64,000 nucleotides of DNA. It comes from Tubiluchus corallicola. Its lineage: Eukaryota > Animalia > Priapulida. Positions 12,720 to 27,144 of this stretch are shown piece after piece; the stretch's first letter is position 1; every line of letters starts with the position of its first letter. The DNA lies in the NCBI GenBank assembly GCA_030141605.1, contig JAQGDQ010000047.1, forward strand, positions 744,001 to 808,000. Direction: 5' to 3'. The position numbers and the translations under genes were made by a program. A model generated the notes under the pieces. It ran no database searches and was not told the origin of the DNA. It saw only the letters and a program-made list of their open reading frames with translations.

Positions 12720-15700
12720 ATGACAAGCCAACGAAGCCTGAACACCCATCGGGGATGTAAACTCCAGCAAAAAATGATCAGTGAGCCCCGTGCTAAGCTG
12801 TGACAGTGCAAAAAGGCAGGTGCCTTCTTTGGTTAAAAAAGGGAGTGTGATATATTCTTGAGACTAGCGTTTGTTCTTTTTTTCGAAAAAATATTTTTGA
12901 AAATTCGGGATATTTTCAGAGTATTTTTATTTTACAAGGGTGTGTAGAAACGACTAACTCCTATGTGTTTGATGTATTTTTTGCGTTTTTACTATTTCGA
13001 TTGGACTTAGTTTTGATTGAGTTTTCTCTTAATTTGCCAAATTAGAAGCATGATAAGTTAGTGATTAACATCAGTACTGTATCTCTCTCAAACATGAGAA
13101 GCATGTTCTTTTTTCAAAAATGGAATATGTGCAGTTTACCGTTTTACTATCGTTTATTTGCAATTTACTGATTTTTTGTAGGTGGCGGGAGCGACCTAGA
13201 TGAGTTGATGGAGGACAAAGAAATTGCATCAAAGGCAGTAGCTTTTGTTGTAAAAAGCACTAGGAAGGGAATAGTACCATTGTGTGCCGATGTTGCCAAC
13301 CTGCTTCGTCAAAAGCGAAGGTATGCAGCGAAAATAATGGTGGTTTTGTTGAGCTGTTCACTCCTCAATATGCGTTGCCAGTGAACTTGACTGAAGTAGA
13401 TTTAATTTGTACTGGTAATTTCTTTCATTCGCAAGGATAGATAGTGGCATGATGTGCGCTTAGAGACTGCTATGTGTTTTCACTGCTGAATTTAACGCAA
13501 ATTACACATGGTAAAAAATAATCTTGTAATATATCAAGCAAGCAAAACACTATATAGACGTTTGTTTGTGCTTTCCTTTTGCTTACTGTCAGTTTTGACT
13601 TTTGATCCACTTTATCCACGAGCATAAGTTTTATAAAAGACGTTTTTACTTTTTTATTTATTTATTTGTTCATTCGGTGCACGTTCACACTCTAGTTCAG
13701 TTATTTAGCTAACAACACTAAAGTTGTATATGTATTCGTTTGTATTTGCTTGTTACATTCATTCATTTATTTGCTTATTTACTTGTATAAAAGACGATTT
13801 TTGGGTAAAAGTTGCGCAGTAATATATTATTAAGAAATTAAATTAAAACATGGTTTATTGGTGACGAAGGCCTTTGAAAGAAGTAATCGGATACAAAATT
13901 TATATCAGAAATATTCAGAATATTCATGAAAATTTCATTTATAGGTTGTACACGGATGTGGACAGTTATTTTGAGCACCAATGAGGGAATCTGTAGTACT
14001 CCTTGTTTGTACACTTGTAATATGCAGTTTTGAATTTTCAAATAGTGGCCAACGTATAATAAACTCAGACCACCAGTACAGTACGCGCTAGCACAACAAC
14101 TGCGAAAAAGTGCGTGTTTCGCCTCACCTTTTCAGTTAATAAAATGCCTGCACAAAGTATTGATATTACGAAACAGTCTTAGTTGAATCAAGATGTCAAA
14201 GTTATCGTTACAGTCATCACTTAAGATGTGCCCAAGATATTTAATTTGAGAACAAGACGCAATTTTTCCACCTACAATTTCTGAAATGTCTGTTGGTGCT
14301 ATATACTTTCATTTTTTATCATTAAACACATTGTTATGGCTGTTAGCATGGTTTTCACAGCATTTTGTAAGTTTTGCAGAGCTGCAACAATGAGCGCTGT
14401 AGGAGGAGATGCTTAAAAGTGTAACATGTTTAAAAAGTTCTCTAAGTGCAGATGAGAGCGCAATAGGTCTATTATTATTAAGTTAACATTTACTATTAGG
14501 TCAGACGTCTCGCTTTAATTAACGAAATAACTATAGATTCTGTTATTGCGTCAGGTGCCTTATAATGGATTGTGATGGTTACAAAGATCAGTAAACAAGA
14601 GTGCCAACAATATGTGAAGTTTTCCATGTGCATATATTGCATGTTCCCAATTAATATTATCTGGCCCTGATGATTTATAACGCTTTAAGTTTCCAATGAT
14701 ATTCCTAATAATGTCATATGCATTAATTACGAAATGATTGTTTATCGAGGAGTTAAAAATCAACCTCATCTGTTAGACCTTTGTTTGAGGTTGAGTTTAA
14801 CAATTCTTTGTAATATCCCATCCATTGACCCATCCACGTTTGACAGATTTCAGATTTACCACGTGCTTCCGTGCTTGGGGGAGATATCGGAAATTTGGTT
14901 TTATAGTAGGAATTATTTTTTTTTCAAAACCTATGTGAAGACATATTGCGAAGACTATACGTCTAAAGACTGAAAGTGTTTTTAGTTGGTAAATTGGTAA
15001 ATTTGATCAAGTCCATGAAGTAATGACTGAAAATAAAATTTATTTTTCATCTGACACTGTAACTCAATTGAGGCGTGGATTTCTTGTAATTTTTTTAAGG
15101 CAATTAGGTGTCACATTTTTTCTTTATGTCATCTACGCACTCGAGCTGTGTTTGTTGTACAATAGTTTGATGGTTAGTTCCCCAAGCCAAGCCGTGTGCT
15201 TTTTGTTGGCTAAATAGCGGATGTTGTAATCTTTCTACCATTAAAGCTTCTAATCTTTCTACTGTTAAAGGAAGATCTCAATTACGAGCAGGAGGCACGC
15301 CACTTCTAATTTAATAGTATGGTAGTTTTTATAGAATATTTTACCGTTTGTCGCTTGTTTAATGACTAAATGCTTCTTGCTGTAGATTATTGTCGATAGT
15401 GTCAATGGCTGAACGTATACCGAATACAGCTTTTCTAAGTAGAACAAAATATTTTAGTAAAAAATCTGGCACCTTCATTTTTTTGTAATCAAAGATTTTA
15501 ATTCGGAGTTTTCCAGATTTTATCCCGAGTTGGAGCTCAGCCTGTAAATGATATTTGAACAATTTGTTGACATCAAGGTTATTGGTGCTCTGCCGGTACA
15601 CTTATTTTGCCCTTTGAAAGAAATTTTTGGCATTACATTTTCGGTCAGACAAATTGAACTTCAATTTTTCTTTCACTTTTTTATTCAGTGTCAGTGTTAC

Positions 15701-18700
15701 AAAACGTCATATTGAAATTTTTATGCATTGCATTGCATTGCCATTGCAGAATGCCAAAACCAGTTTTTCAACTCAAAATTAACGTCCTATAATTTAGAAA
15801 CTTATTAGTGCTAATTATAAACTGTTATGCGTGATAGAATGCTGACATGTCATAGCATATTTGGCCTAATGATTGCAGATTTTTATGTACAGTTAGTTTT
15901 GCACGGATCAGTTAGTTAGTTTTAGTAACAATAACATAAAATGCATTGAATAATTTTAGGTTAGAAAAGAAGATTGATGTTTTGTCTCACGAAAATCGAT
16001 TTTTGCGGAATACACCACCGCATCGGATGTCGATGTCGACAAGCCCACGCACAAGCCACAGTACTAGTCCTACTCCACCCTCTCCACTTGGAAGCCAAGT
16101 TCGAGTAAGATTGATTTCTTTAACTTTATTGTAATGAGTGACTATGATAAGAATGTAATTTTCATTGTGTTCATTGAAGGTGCTGCTTTGCAGTTAATGA
16201 GATAGGTAGAGACTGGCGTGTCGCTAGAGAATTGTGTGAACCTAACAAGGATGACTTGCTTCTACGACATTTAAATGGTGCTTCCTTCCCAGGTTCTTGC
16301 TGGCAGCTTGTGTTGTTGAGGTCATATACTGGCAGCTGGTGTTCTGAGTCTTGTATTGGCTGGTTGTATCTTGAAAGTCATATGCGAGCACTTTGTGTTC
16401 CTGAAAATAACTGCTAAGTTATTAACTGATGTGAATATTTTAGGTGATAAGGCCGTCTTCTCGTAGCAGTCATGCTTCCAGTTCTCCTGCTGGCTCTCCT
16501 AGTTTGAACAGTTGCCGTGGCGATGGAAGCACTCTCCGTCCCAAGTGTGTGGGACGTACAGTATTCAGTAGTGGAGGTGTGTGGCAGACATGCAAAGGAA
16601 AGTCATCAGCCAACTCTGAAGGTGGGAAATCGCCTGCCAGTTCTGATAGCGGAAATAGTCTGACTACGGTAGCAATTGTGCACCATCCCCCAGGAGTAGA
16701 GGGTCAAGCTTGTAGGGAAACCGAAAGTGAAAGTGATTGTTCTGTGCCAGAATTGGTTACTTATTGTTCTACTTCTTCATTAAGGTACTATGCTCCTTAT
16801 TTCTTTTTTTAGATATCACTTTTTGAATTCTTAATGTAAGCTGTATTTCAGGTGCTTATTACTATATAAGTACAGCTGACTTTATGTGTATTATAACGCC
16901 TGGCATTTCAGTACATGCATTGACAATGCCGAATAAAGAGAAAATTTGTGATACCTGAAGTGCAAATACTGTAGTTAAAAGAGAAATTTTTTGGTAAAAA
17001 TAAAACTTTGGTTTATGACTGGTTGTCCTGTACAAATAGCAATGTCTGGAACATAAATGAAAAGCAAATCTGTCTTACTTAGACTAACAGTAAGATTTGT
17101 GGTCTGTCAAGTGGGTGAAGGGAACAAATTAAGGCATCACTCAGATGTGGTGCAATGCTTGTACCACACTCCATGCATGATTAGACGGTCGAAATAAAGA
17201 GCTGATGCATTCAAATTGCAAGTAGAGACAGCCCCTCTTTTTCAATATTTTCTCAGCTTCCTTTGGAAGATACTTTTCTAATCCAAGATGCAACACAAGT
17301 TTGGGCTAAGTAAAGAAATGTAAAACTGATCAGAAAGAAGAGAAACATTTGCTTGCATAGTTTGGTAACACAGTATGTAGAAGCGAAAAAGGATGCAATC
17401 TTTGTTTAGGGTGCTTAGTTGGTGGTAAACTGTCTAGTAATGTTTTTTGTGCCAGCTTTAGATAAATGTAGCATTTATACAGAATAATACAGAAAGCTAT
17501 AGCGACTAAGAATGTAATGCTTGGCTTTTCTTTGCAGACCTAGCATTACTCAGAATACTCAACAAATCCAGTGCATGTTACTGCCTGATGAGAATACAAA
17601 TTGCTTGGAAAGAAAATTTGAGGAAGCCAATCTTCACAATTTACATCTTGCTCAGGAACTTGGTGCTGCTAAAAAGGAAATCGAGTTTTTGACTGCTAAG
17701 TTGAAGCAGTATGAAATGCGTAAGAATAATGTGCCATGTAAAAACAATGCAAGAGAGGACCTTGATACAGTTGCAGTGAATGCCAGTAGCCCATCCATTC
17801 AGGGTGATGGCAATTGCAGTAACAGCAATAATCATGATGTAGACATGTCTGAAAGATCTGAAAGAGAATTTGGTTGTCATAGTAACAGGTAAATTTGTTT
17901 GATCTCGTTCAATATCTTATTATTATCATTTTTAATTTCTCATGAGTTAATGGCATCTTTAATTGTTATGTAATGGACTATGGCACTATTATACTTGATT
18001 GGATTAGTGTGTAGTATATTCTACTCGCGTGACAAAAGTAAATCTAGAGCTGCTTCATTGTCGCAGTATTGGAGGTTTTTGGCAGATCTATGTACTGATA
18101 TTTCTGCTGCATTTCTTTGAAAAAAGCCTGCACTTTGATCAGACAAATAAAGCTGTAGTGGACCAAAAATTATGATAATAAACATATTGAAGTCAAGTGG
18201 GACAATGTAGTTTTTAATGGCAGTAACTGATTTTCAAAAGAGAGTCTCGGTCTGTTTCATTCATTTGTCTTACCATTAAATTTAGTTTAGCAGATTGCTC
18301 AGTTGAATACCTGCTTTACAAATTGGAAAAAAATGGAAATAGCCTTCAACTTGGTTTAAAATGTCATTATGTAATTTGCTGAGAGAGTGTTGCTAGGCAG
18401 CTTGAATTAGTAGGAACTTGGCTTAAATGGAATTGTTATAAAGCAAATTTGCCATTATAAAATACTTTTTTGTTTAAAAAATGGAAATTAATTTTTATTT
18501 AAAGAGTTGGCATACATGCATTCTTGTCATGGCTATTGGGATGGGAACACATCTTTTATGTTCTTGTCCTCTATTTGCTGTACTGTGCTATACTGAAATT
18601 TTGTCCTCTTTATGTGGTGTCAAATTCTTCAGTGTATTGTACATTAATTTCCCTTAGTGGGAGTAATAATTAGCCATTGGTGGTAGTTCTTACAGGTAAC

Positions 18701-21700
18701 GTCGATTATGCTGTTTTTATCATTTACTTTTTACGCATCCTGCAAGTTCGTTCTGCCATTCAGTGCAAAGCTACTTAATGTAGATGATTTGATGAAACCA
18801 GAACCTAATTCATTATCAAGGATAATCCTCTGAGTTGAAATGCAAGTAGAGAACTGGTTGAGAGATCATTCATTCCATTGATCTTGTATTTGCATTCTCC
18901 CTCAATGAAAGAAACCAGCCAGAGGGTAGTATGGCAGATGAAATCACATAGAAGCTCTTTCTGGCAGTCACTTATCTGTTCGCTAACCAGGCCTACTTTA
19001 ACTCAGCTTTGCAATCAGTGCTACGTGACTATTTTCCTTGTTATAAATGCTTGAAGTATGGCTTACTCTGCAATTCTTAATAACTATATCTTTAAGGCTA
19101 TTTTAGCTACTAATAACTTAACTAATTATTAATTGTTTTACAGAGAATGCTTTCAAGACATATTTGGTCGTTTTGCTTCTAAAATGTAATTGACGTGGAA
19201 GAGAGTGTATGTTAAATTAATAATCACATTGGAAATCACCTGTCTAAAATATTCACATTTGCGTTAATAATTCAACACAAAATTAGTAGCCATTTTAATG
19301 GTTAGTGATTGTTAAGAAATTTAAGCGAGTATATTAAATTTTATACAGTTTGTAGAAAGTGAGCAAAAAAAAAAACAAGTGTATAAAAATAATTTACATT
19401 ATTTTGTGAATATGTTTGTTAATAATTATTTTTCTGAGCTACTAATGCAGAGTGGGATTATGCAGTCCTATCATGGAAACTTTTTGATCTTAAGAAGATG
19501 TAATTATTTAGATTACCAAAACTTGTTCTTTCTACTAAGTATTTCTTTTCATGCATGCAAATGTGTTTACTGCTTATAGCTGATGTTTTGAGAATTTTCT
19601 GTTCAAAACTTCACCAAACGTTATTGATCTTCTCTGTTAATAATTGCAGAAAGTTAAATTGCTGCCTGCTTTACTTTGGGTTATCTTCCAGCTGCTTTCC
19701 TTTTGAAAGAAAGGTTCTGTTTTTCTATGGTAGATTTTTTTTCTTAGGATATTTGGTTTACAACCTTGAACTATTTGAATTATGCACTGTGTCCTATGCT
19801 ACCCATAAAGCTTAGTTTGCATTCTACACGATTTTGAAATTTAACAACCGCTCATTCATCATTTTTGTTATGAAAAATGCCATTCATTCTTTAAGAGCCA
19901 GGCGTGTGCTTGATGTTGGGTGCCTTTAACATGTAAATTTCATTTTTAAGTTGTTGCTTGATTCAGTTAGATTTCGTAAATTTATTATTTGAATACTACT
20001 CTAAATGTACGTGTTTTCTAATTTGAATGATTTTGTTCTCAGATAATTGTCATATTCTGTGAATGTGTTTCTGCCCGGTCAATCCGTAGTCATCAGCTAA
20101 CTGAAAAGAAACATTCCATATTACTGCTGTGCCCACGCTGTTTAATTATTGCTTCCATTGCTTATTTTTAAGACCATTTGATTTCATTGCGACTTTGCTA
20201 TTCTGCACCACACCATTCTCTGTTTAGTGTATTTCATTGCTGTATTTTACAGAGGACAAAGTTAATTCATTTTAACGTGGTTTGTTTGGACTTCTTTGGT
20301 CAGGATTGATATGACTAATTGCTACTCGGTAGTCACATCAGTGTTAAATTTTGTTAATAGTGACTTTACTAATGTCCTAAAATTAAATTTTGTCATCTGT
20401 TAAATATTAACTTTTGGCACCCTTTGACCATCAAAAGCAGTACCGTATGCTTTTTCATATGATATTCAAAATAAATAGTAAGACTATGTAATTAGCCTAC
20501 TAAAATAGGTCTAACAGGGTAAAATGGTATCTTAGTTTTTAGATTTATCACAAGACTAAAACAGTAAGCGAACAACTAGTGGGTATTGTTCTATGGTAAT
20601 AGGAAAGACACGGAAATGACGTCTTGTTGTTTGAACTAGAGTTATTAGAACTTTGGACACCCTTTCTTTGTTCTCTGTATTTTATCATTGATACTACTGT
20701 GTTACGAACTCGTTTATAGAAATCCCCGCCTCTCATCCACTGGAAGTAATTTCTGATCAGTTGAATTTGATGGACATGCTGCTGTAATTGCTAGATTTCC
20801 CACGCAAAAAGTGTACCTTCTCCCACAGTTTTCCTGCCAGTATTTTCGCAAGCAAATCCCTCTAAGCACCGAGTAAGCGGTCGCTTTTCTAGTTTAAGCC
20901 TCAGTGAATCCAGACTGAGCAGCACTTTTGTGTACACTGTTGACACGAAGTCACTGCCAGACACTAATAGCTTGATCAATAGAAAGTGTTTTTCTTACAT
21001 TTCGTTGAAACTAAAATTGTTGCTTCCCCCCCAGCAAACAGGCTGAGCTGTTGCATTCCAGTCAGCGCCACCATAAATTGTATTTTGTTCCAGTAAAGTT
21101 TATCTTTGAGTGTTGGCTGTCTTGGTGGTATCGGCCGCTTGACTTTTATTGCAGTTTCATAAAAGAGGGCCGATTATCATGTTCGTGCGCTCAAGAATGC
21201 TCACGGGGGAAAAGCAAATGTTTGCGCAACGCTAAAAGGGTTAAGAGCTGTAACGTTAGTTGTTTATCCAGGCTGAATGATTATGTTTTGTGAGGCTGGG
21301 CTTCTAATAATAAATATGACTTTCCCAGGAGAATGCCATTTCATTGCGTTACCATTTAAACAGTACGAAACATGTATATTACATGTTAAAACGTTTTTTT
21401 AAAATACGACCATTGTAGGCTTGTAACAGTCTACTGTTAGATGTTCATTAGTATCATTAGTATGATTACCATAATTACAGATGTTTACGTCGATAATGTT
21501 TACATACACATGTATTAGTGTGTTTAGTATTTGGGGCCCTTGTTTCAACTTCTTTTGCTAGCGACTAACTTTTGGATGGAACTAATTCCATTCTCTCACT
21601 TGCTACGTGTCAGTGTTTCTATCTTGGAGGAGATTATAACAACCGCATTATTTTGTGGTTCACAAGACTTGTTGTAATGAAACTGAATACTTTACAATAG

Positions 21701-24700
21701 GATGTAAATTAGTAATTCATTAAAATTGGTTAATTTCTTTTTACCATTTAAAAACATCACTTTAAGCCTCAGTGTTACTGAGTGGGGTGAGACACTAATC
21801 ATAGTTTGTAAATTTAATTTATTTGTTACTTAATAAGAATATTTATTTCATTTGAAGAAAAAGATTTCATTGCTCTCAAAAATCTTTACTGCGAATTTTA
21901 ATTCGTTTCTATTTTCTGAAAAGCAATATTACTTATAACGCTTTCTCCAAAAGCTTTTCCCACTTTCCCAAACAGAATATAAACATTTCAATTTTTGTTT
22001 TGCCATAAATTTTTAAGACAATGATGTCTGACAGCTTAAAAACCTTTATGAGAATTGAATTGGATTACATGCATAGAATTCAGGTTTTTTGACTGTTTGC
22101 ATTACACTGCACCAAAGATTAATATGATCTTAAGCTTAGCTCTGGTTAGTGCAAAAGTGAAATGGATGGATAACGATGGTAGCGGGCAGAAGTAATCTGT
22201 CTAACTAATCCCATTCAAGTACTTCGTGTCAAACGTGCAGCTCATATTGTTGTTGTTGAAAGTTAAAAGTTACATCTAATTTACCCGTGTGAAAATTTTC
22301 ATCTTTTGTGTTCTGCTTCGTCTGAAAAATGGTCTTTAACCTTTTATTGTTAGACTGTTTGAAGCAAATTAATGTAATAATTTTTATTAAAAAACAATTA
22401 TTTTCTTGTATGATCTTCTTGCGTACTCACTGTTGTTTAAGCTTTTGTCCTTATGTTTTTCAAGCTGCTTGGATAAATATTGAAGCAGTGGTAAGATGTG
22501 ATCAACAACTACATTAAAATTCTGTTACATGACAGCTTGTTTTTCGGTTTTGATAATAATGATATGGAACCATATTCCGTTTTGCTACATCAAATTAAAT
22601 GTTACAACATCGTTTATTTTTTTCAGTGCTGTCGCACCATTTCCAACTATTCAAGTTGTTATTCCTAGTCCATTGACAAATTGCAAATGCTTATCCTGTG
22701 CTAAGAGTTGTAAATCAAACCGGCAGAATCATAAATTATTACCAGTTGCAGTAACCACAAGGTACCTGCTATTGGACTGGTTTACGCTTTTCAAGTTTTT
22801 AACTCATTGATGGCATTATGAAATGCATTACTTCTTAGATAATATCATAATACAATATTGCATGCAAAAAACACGCCGTATTATAATAGTAGACACTAAC
22901 TGAAATTGGTTTCCTATATAGTAATTTCCAATCGTTGCGATTTTCCTAAGTAAATTTTTATTTACAGTCAAACCTCTTTATACCGCCTACTTTGGGCCTG
23001 CAAGAAAGTTGGCGATAAGCATTTCTGACATTATATTGAGTTGCATTAACACATACACGTCTATGCATGTAGAGACATTTTGTTTTACCAAAAATTAGTA
23101 GGAGGTTAGCATTATAAAAGGTGTGCATTATAATGAGGTTTGACTGTTGTAAACATACTCATTAGATTGAGGTGATCTCGAACTTTTTTGTGCTAATTTA
23201 TTTATGTGAAGTTTTTTCTAGTATGTATGGTTGTTGTTGCAGAGGGTGGGCGCAGATTGCCATTGGTCACTATGTTACTGTCAAAGATAACTTGAATGGG
23301 TATGTTCGTTACATAGGTCATCTAGATGGATTCGGACCTAAAAACACAGTATTCGTGGGAATTGAATTAGATTCTGCAGGTACTATTATGAAACTTGTAA
23401 GAAAGACAGCTGTTGCAGTTTCACTTACTTCAATCATTACTTCAGTAGCACATGTTCAAAGGGTAGGTCAGCCAAATTGAAACTGCTATAATCCTAACTG
23501 TAGAAAATTTTTCAACAGCAAATAAGTTGTAAAAATAATTTACCAAAATTTTCCAAATTTACTTTGAATATAAATATTTAAATTTGGCTAACCTACCTTG
23601 TTAGCTTATGCTATTTGCACTTAATCACGGCATATTAAAATTATTTTATTTGTAACTGACATATTCATAACAATAAAACAAAATCACATGCAGATTGATA
23701 ATGAGGGAATCCAACTTTACTTGACGTTTCAATGACAACACATTCATCATTGTACAAGGTGCAATATCTAAAGACAAACTTTTTTTAGCAGTTAAACACA
23801 AAATATTGTACATCTTTCTAACAAATTAGCAAAATTTCGAATAGATACCACGTGCAAGTAAGCTCAGAAGGTAAAAGTGTGCAATTCGACATTTTTCATA
23901 AAAACACGTATAATATATGGTCCCAACTTGTATTTGAAAAAAAGGGAGTAGGGGCCAGTTTCACAAAGCTGTTACTAAGTTAACAATGACCTTTATTACC
24001 AATTTTGTGATTGTATTACTGACGCGTTAATTAGTGATGGCTTTGTTAAATTGATGCTGTTGCTCCGTTTAATCTTGTGTGAGAATTTTTCTGATTTTGC
24101 AATAAGCACTTCATTTACATGGTTAACATCACTTGTATTAATGTTTGCATTAAAGAGCAAAAGTGTGCAATTCAACGTATAATGGCTAAGTAGTATGTTG
24201 CTTGACGTCGATCCAAGGGTTCTGGGTTCGAACTCGTGTCATGAGTTTTCAACCCATGTTGCACTCGAATAGGACTTTCTGGCCACCTTCTTAGATTTAC
24301 TCAGTCTTAAGTGTGTGGCTGAGCATGTTTTGGGAGAAGAAAGGCAGTTGAGTGATGGATTATCACCTGTCCTTGTGTGCCGAGGTTATAAATGTAGATG
24401 GTGTATCCATCTATCTTATGCTTTTAGGCATGCGACAACTCTTCTTCTACTGCTTACATATTTTCTTACTGTGTCACATTATCTCTTTTTTGGCACACTT
24501 GTATTTTGCATTTTGCTTTCCTGTTTTACAAAAATGTATGGAGTGTCCGTCCACCGGCTATGCACTGTACTATCTCAAATATATTTTCACTTGCACAGTT
24601 AAGCGTGATGCTGGGCATATTTACACAATGTGCAGGCATATGTGTGGCTTTGTACTGCATTAGAAGGCTTTCCTAGCAAATGCAAGTTGCATAATTTACT

Positions 24701-26227
24701 GTGGAGAAATAGGCCGAGAAATCCGTCCCTTGTGTTAAGGTCTTTAAAATATTGAATCGCACAAGGTCTTAAATTCAGAAAGAACATTTGCTGCACCATT
24801 TCTTCTTCTTGTAGTGAAAATGACTCTTTGTGCTCTATAACCAATTAATACCCAATTCAAATACACAGTACTTTTGTACCTAAATTTATCTTACTTCACA
24901 CAGATAAATAAATTAAAATTAAGCCTCACTAAAAGTAGGTCAAGTACTGTATCTTGTATAATTTGTATGTGTTGATGTAAATTGTACCAAGCAAACTTTA
25001 CTTAATCGCTGCAAAACTAACTGGGTATTATAAGTCATTTTCTTAAACGTTTACATTCATTAGTCTAGAAAAAAATATTGTCACTACCTTTACTTATGTT
25101 TCAGCAAATTTTACGAATCTTGGCCTAATTTGCTCTTCAGCATAATTTCTGTTTTAAAAGTTTTATTATTCTATGACAGTGTATCAGCGGTGCTACTAAA
25201 CATTATGTATATTTATTTTGTGTCTCTGTAGTTGGGGATCATGATGGATGCATGAATGGAAAGCAATATTTTCAATGTCCAAAAAACCATGGAGTGTTTA
25301 TGCCTCTGAATGATGTCACATGTTTGCCTAGTAAATCAAAAGTGAGTGTATGTAATAAGTGCTTTTATTGTCATTCTGTTAATTAAAAAATTGCTGTAAA
25401 AATCTCGCAAATTTTTTTTCAAAAGTTTAGTTAGCATTAGATTAATAATTTATTTAAAAACTATAAAAATGTAAGCAAAAGTTTATTGAGTTTGTTCCTT
25501 GGTTGGCATTATACCTGTTACTAAAGTGGAAAAAAATTGAGCGTGAATCTGGCTTTGAACTTTGCATCTTCAAGTTACAAGCCAAATGCTATAACCACTA
25601 GACTACACAGGCCCTTGCAATTATGAATTATAATGGACCATGATCATGTCTTTGAAGCTCTAGTGGTCAGGGCATGTAATCCAAAGTACAGTTCAAATCC
25701 AAGTTCAAAAAATCTAACAGCCAAGTAAAATTTCAGAAATTAAATATTAGTTGTAAATTAAGATTCTGCTTAAATGAGTTTCTATTTTCTTGAATTTTTT
25801 AACATAAAAACTGTACCATTTCGCATTACTTACTTTGTGTATAAACGAATTTGCATACTTGTCTGCATTCTAATAGGTGTATTAGCCTCAAAAACAAGGA
25901 TTTTTACAAGAGGCATTGAGTTTTAAAAAATGTTTCATGCAAAGATATTACAAAGCCATTACCATATAATATACTGCATGTAAAAAAATCTACTGGATTA
26001 GATTATATCTGTTTTTTTTTCTAATATTTCAAATTTCAGCTTCTCTTTGGAAAGTGGATTATTTTGTGTGTGTAAGTAAACCTATTTCAATAGTTTTAAT
26101 CTTACATAACCATTCATTTTTTATTTTTCAGCAATCTTCTGTGAATTCGTCCAAGGATTTAACACCGACGTCAACATTGCAGAGGCACTACAAAGCTTTA
26201 AAACAGAATCTAGAAACTACTCTATAG
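12720..26227 (+). CDS. Uncharacterised Ser-rich/coiled-coil protein with C-terminal CAP-Gly domain (~504 aa, 9 exons)
   Basis: Exons 12720-12780, 13182-13320, 15960-16104, 16444-16784, 17538-17888, 22627-22761, 23243-23379, 25232-25341, 26132-26227; all GT-AG, phases compatible, 1515 nt open to TAG. CAP-Gly: IGHYVTVKDNLNGYVRYIGHLDG...VFVGIELDSAVGDHDGCMNGKQYFQCPKNHGVFMP. The first exon and possible extra exons in 17889-22626 are less certain. Confidence 0.82.
14100..14770 (-). mobile_element. Degenerate non-LTR retrotransposon (LINE) ORF2/RT fragments
   Basis: Minus strand LKRYKSSGPDNINWEH...LHILLALLF (pre-RT motif), then CCENHANSHNNVFNDKK and QIKYLGHILSDD (late RT motifs); internal deletion and frameshifts. 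Confidence 0.8.
22965..23146. mobile_element. Tc1/mariner-pogo-type MITE (~180 bp)
   Basis: TIRs cagtcaaacctctttata and (rc) cagtcaaacctcattata, 17/18 identical; TA on the left flank. Confidence 0.85.
24178..24390 (+). mobile_element. tRNA-derived SINE-like element
   Basis: Pol III A box TGGCTAAGTAG (24183) and B box GGTTCGAACTC (24225) at tRNA-like spacing, no intact cloverleaf, followed by a non-tRNA body. Right boundary approximate. Confidence 0.6.
25530..25712. repeat. Element with two divergently oriented degenerate tRNA-like halves
   Basis: Minus strand 25614->25539 gggcctgtgtagtctagtggttatagc...cttgtaa...gttcaaagcc; plus strand 25657-25706 gctctagtggtcagggc...gttcaaatcc. Related decayed copy at about 44422-44570. 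Confidence 0.55.
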
Positions 26228-26682
26228 CAAAACTTTGAAGTTATACCTAAACTATTTATTTGGCTGAGTTGTTTTAATGTCTATGTTTTTTGCATAATAC
26301 AGGTAGGTTTAACAAGTTTTATTCATTAATGTTATTCATTCTAGAACGAAAAATACATATAAAAAACTTTTGTTCGATTGCACATTATACTTATTTCCTT
26401 TTAGAAACTCCTGAATACAGTGCATTTTTAATCTAATTTAATTTATACTTGTCTAGCACAGTTTCAATGGATGACTATCTCAGAGGTACTTTATACTAAT
26501 TAAAATTTAGCAAAATTATTCTTAAGTTTGTACTTAAAAACTTGAAATGCAGTGACCTGAAAATATAGCCTTACTGTCTAGTGCAATATTCCTGCTATTT
26601 AAATTTAAAAATCAGTTTAACATGAGTTTTTACTCAACAAACCAGTGTTTATCATTGATATAGATCTTGGCATTACATCTTA

Positions 26683-27144
26683 CAGTCAAACTCGGATATA
26701 AGGGACACCCCCGGACGGGAAAAATCATCCCTTATATCCGATGTTCCTTATAGCCAAAGTTGAGTCAGACAGAGTGTGTGTCTAACTGTTCGTTTTTTCT
26801 GGTATTTTCTGTACTTTTATCCACATTTTTATGGATTATTGCTACATAGTGCAAACGGTATGTAGGAAGCTCCTTCAGTGTTGCGAGATATATGTGTCCG
26901 CGGAAAGTGAGCTGTTCGAAGGCTGAGTTTGCGAAAAATTAAGGTTAAAAATCCTCCTTATATGTGAGGTAATTTACCTGGGTTTCTATTATGCAGGACC
27001 TGAAGATATCGTCCCTTATAACCAAAAGTCTCTTATATCCGAGTACCTTATATACGAAGATTTTTATAAGGAAAAACGTTACAAAAATCGGGACCGGTGT
27101 TGGTGGTCCCTTATAAGCGAGTACCTTATTCCCAAGGTTGACTG
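26683..27144. mobile_element. Tc1/mariner-pogo (Tigger-like) MITE, 462 bp
   Basis: TA|cagtcaaactcggatataagg ... ccttattcccaaggttgactg|TA; repeated subterminal motif ccttatatccga at both ends. Confidence 0.85.

Noticed and set aside
20548-21293. GC-richer intronic stretch with three short ORFs
   Set aside because: No homology or phase-compatible splice sites recognised; a regulatory role cannot be shown from sequence alone.
24178-24245. Possible tRNA gene
   Set aside because: A and B boxes are present but the acceptor and anticodon stems do not pair; treated as a SINE head.
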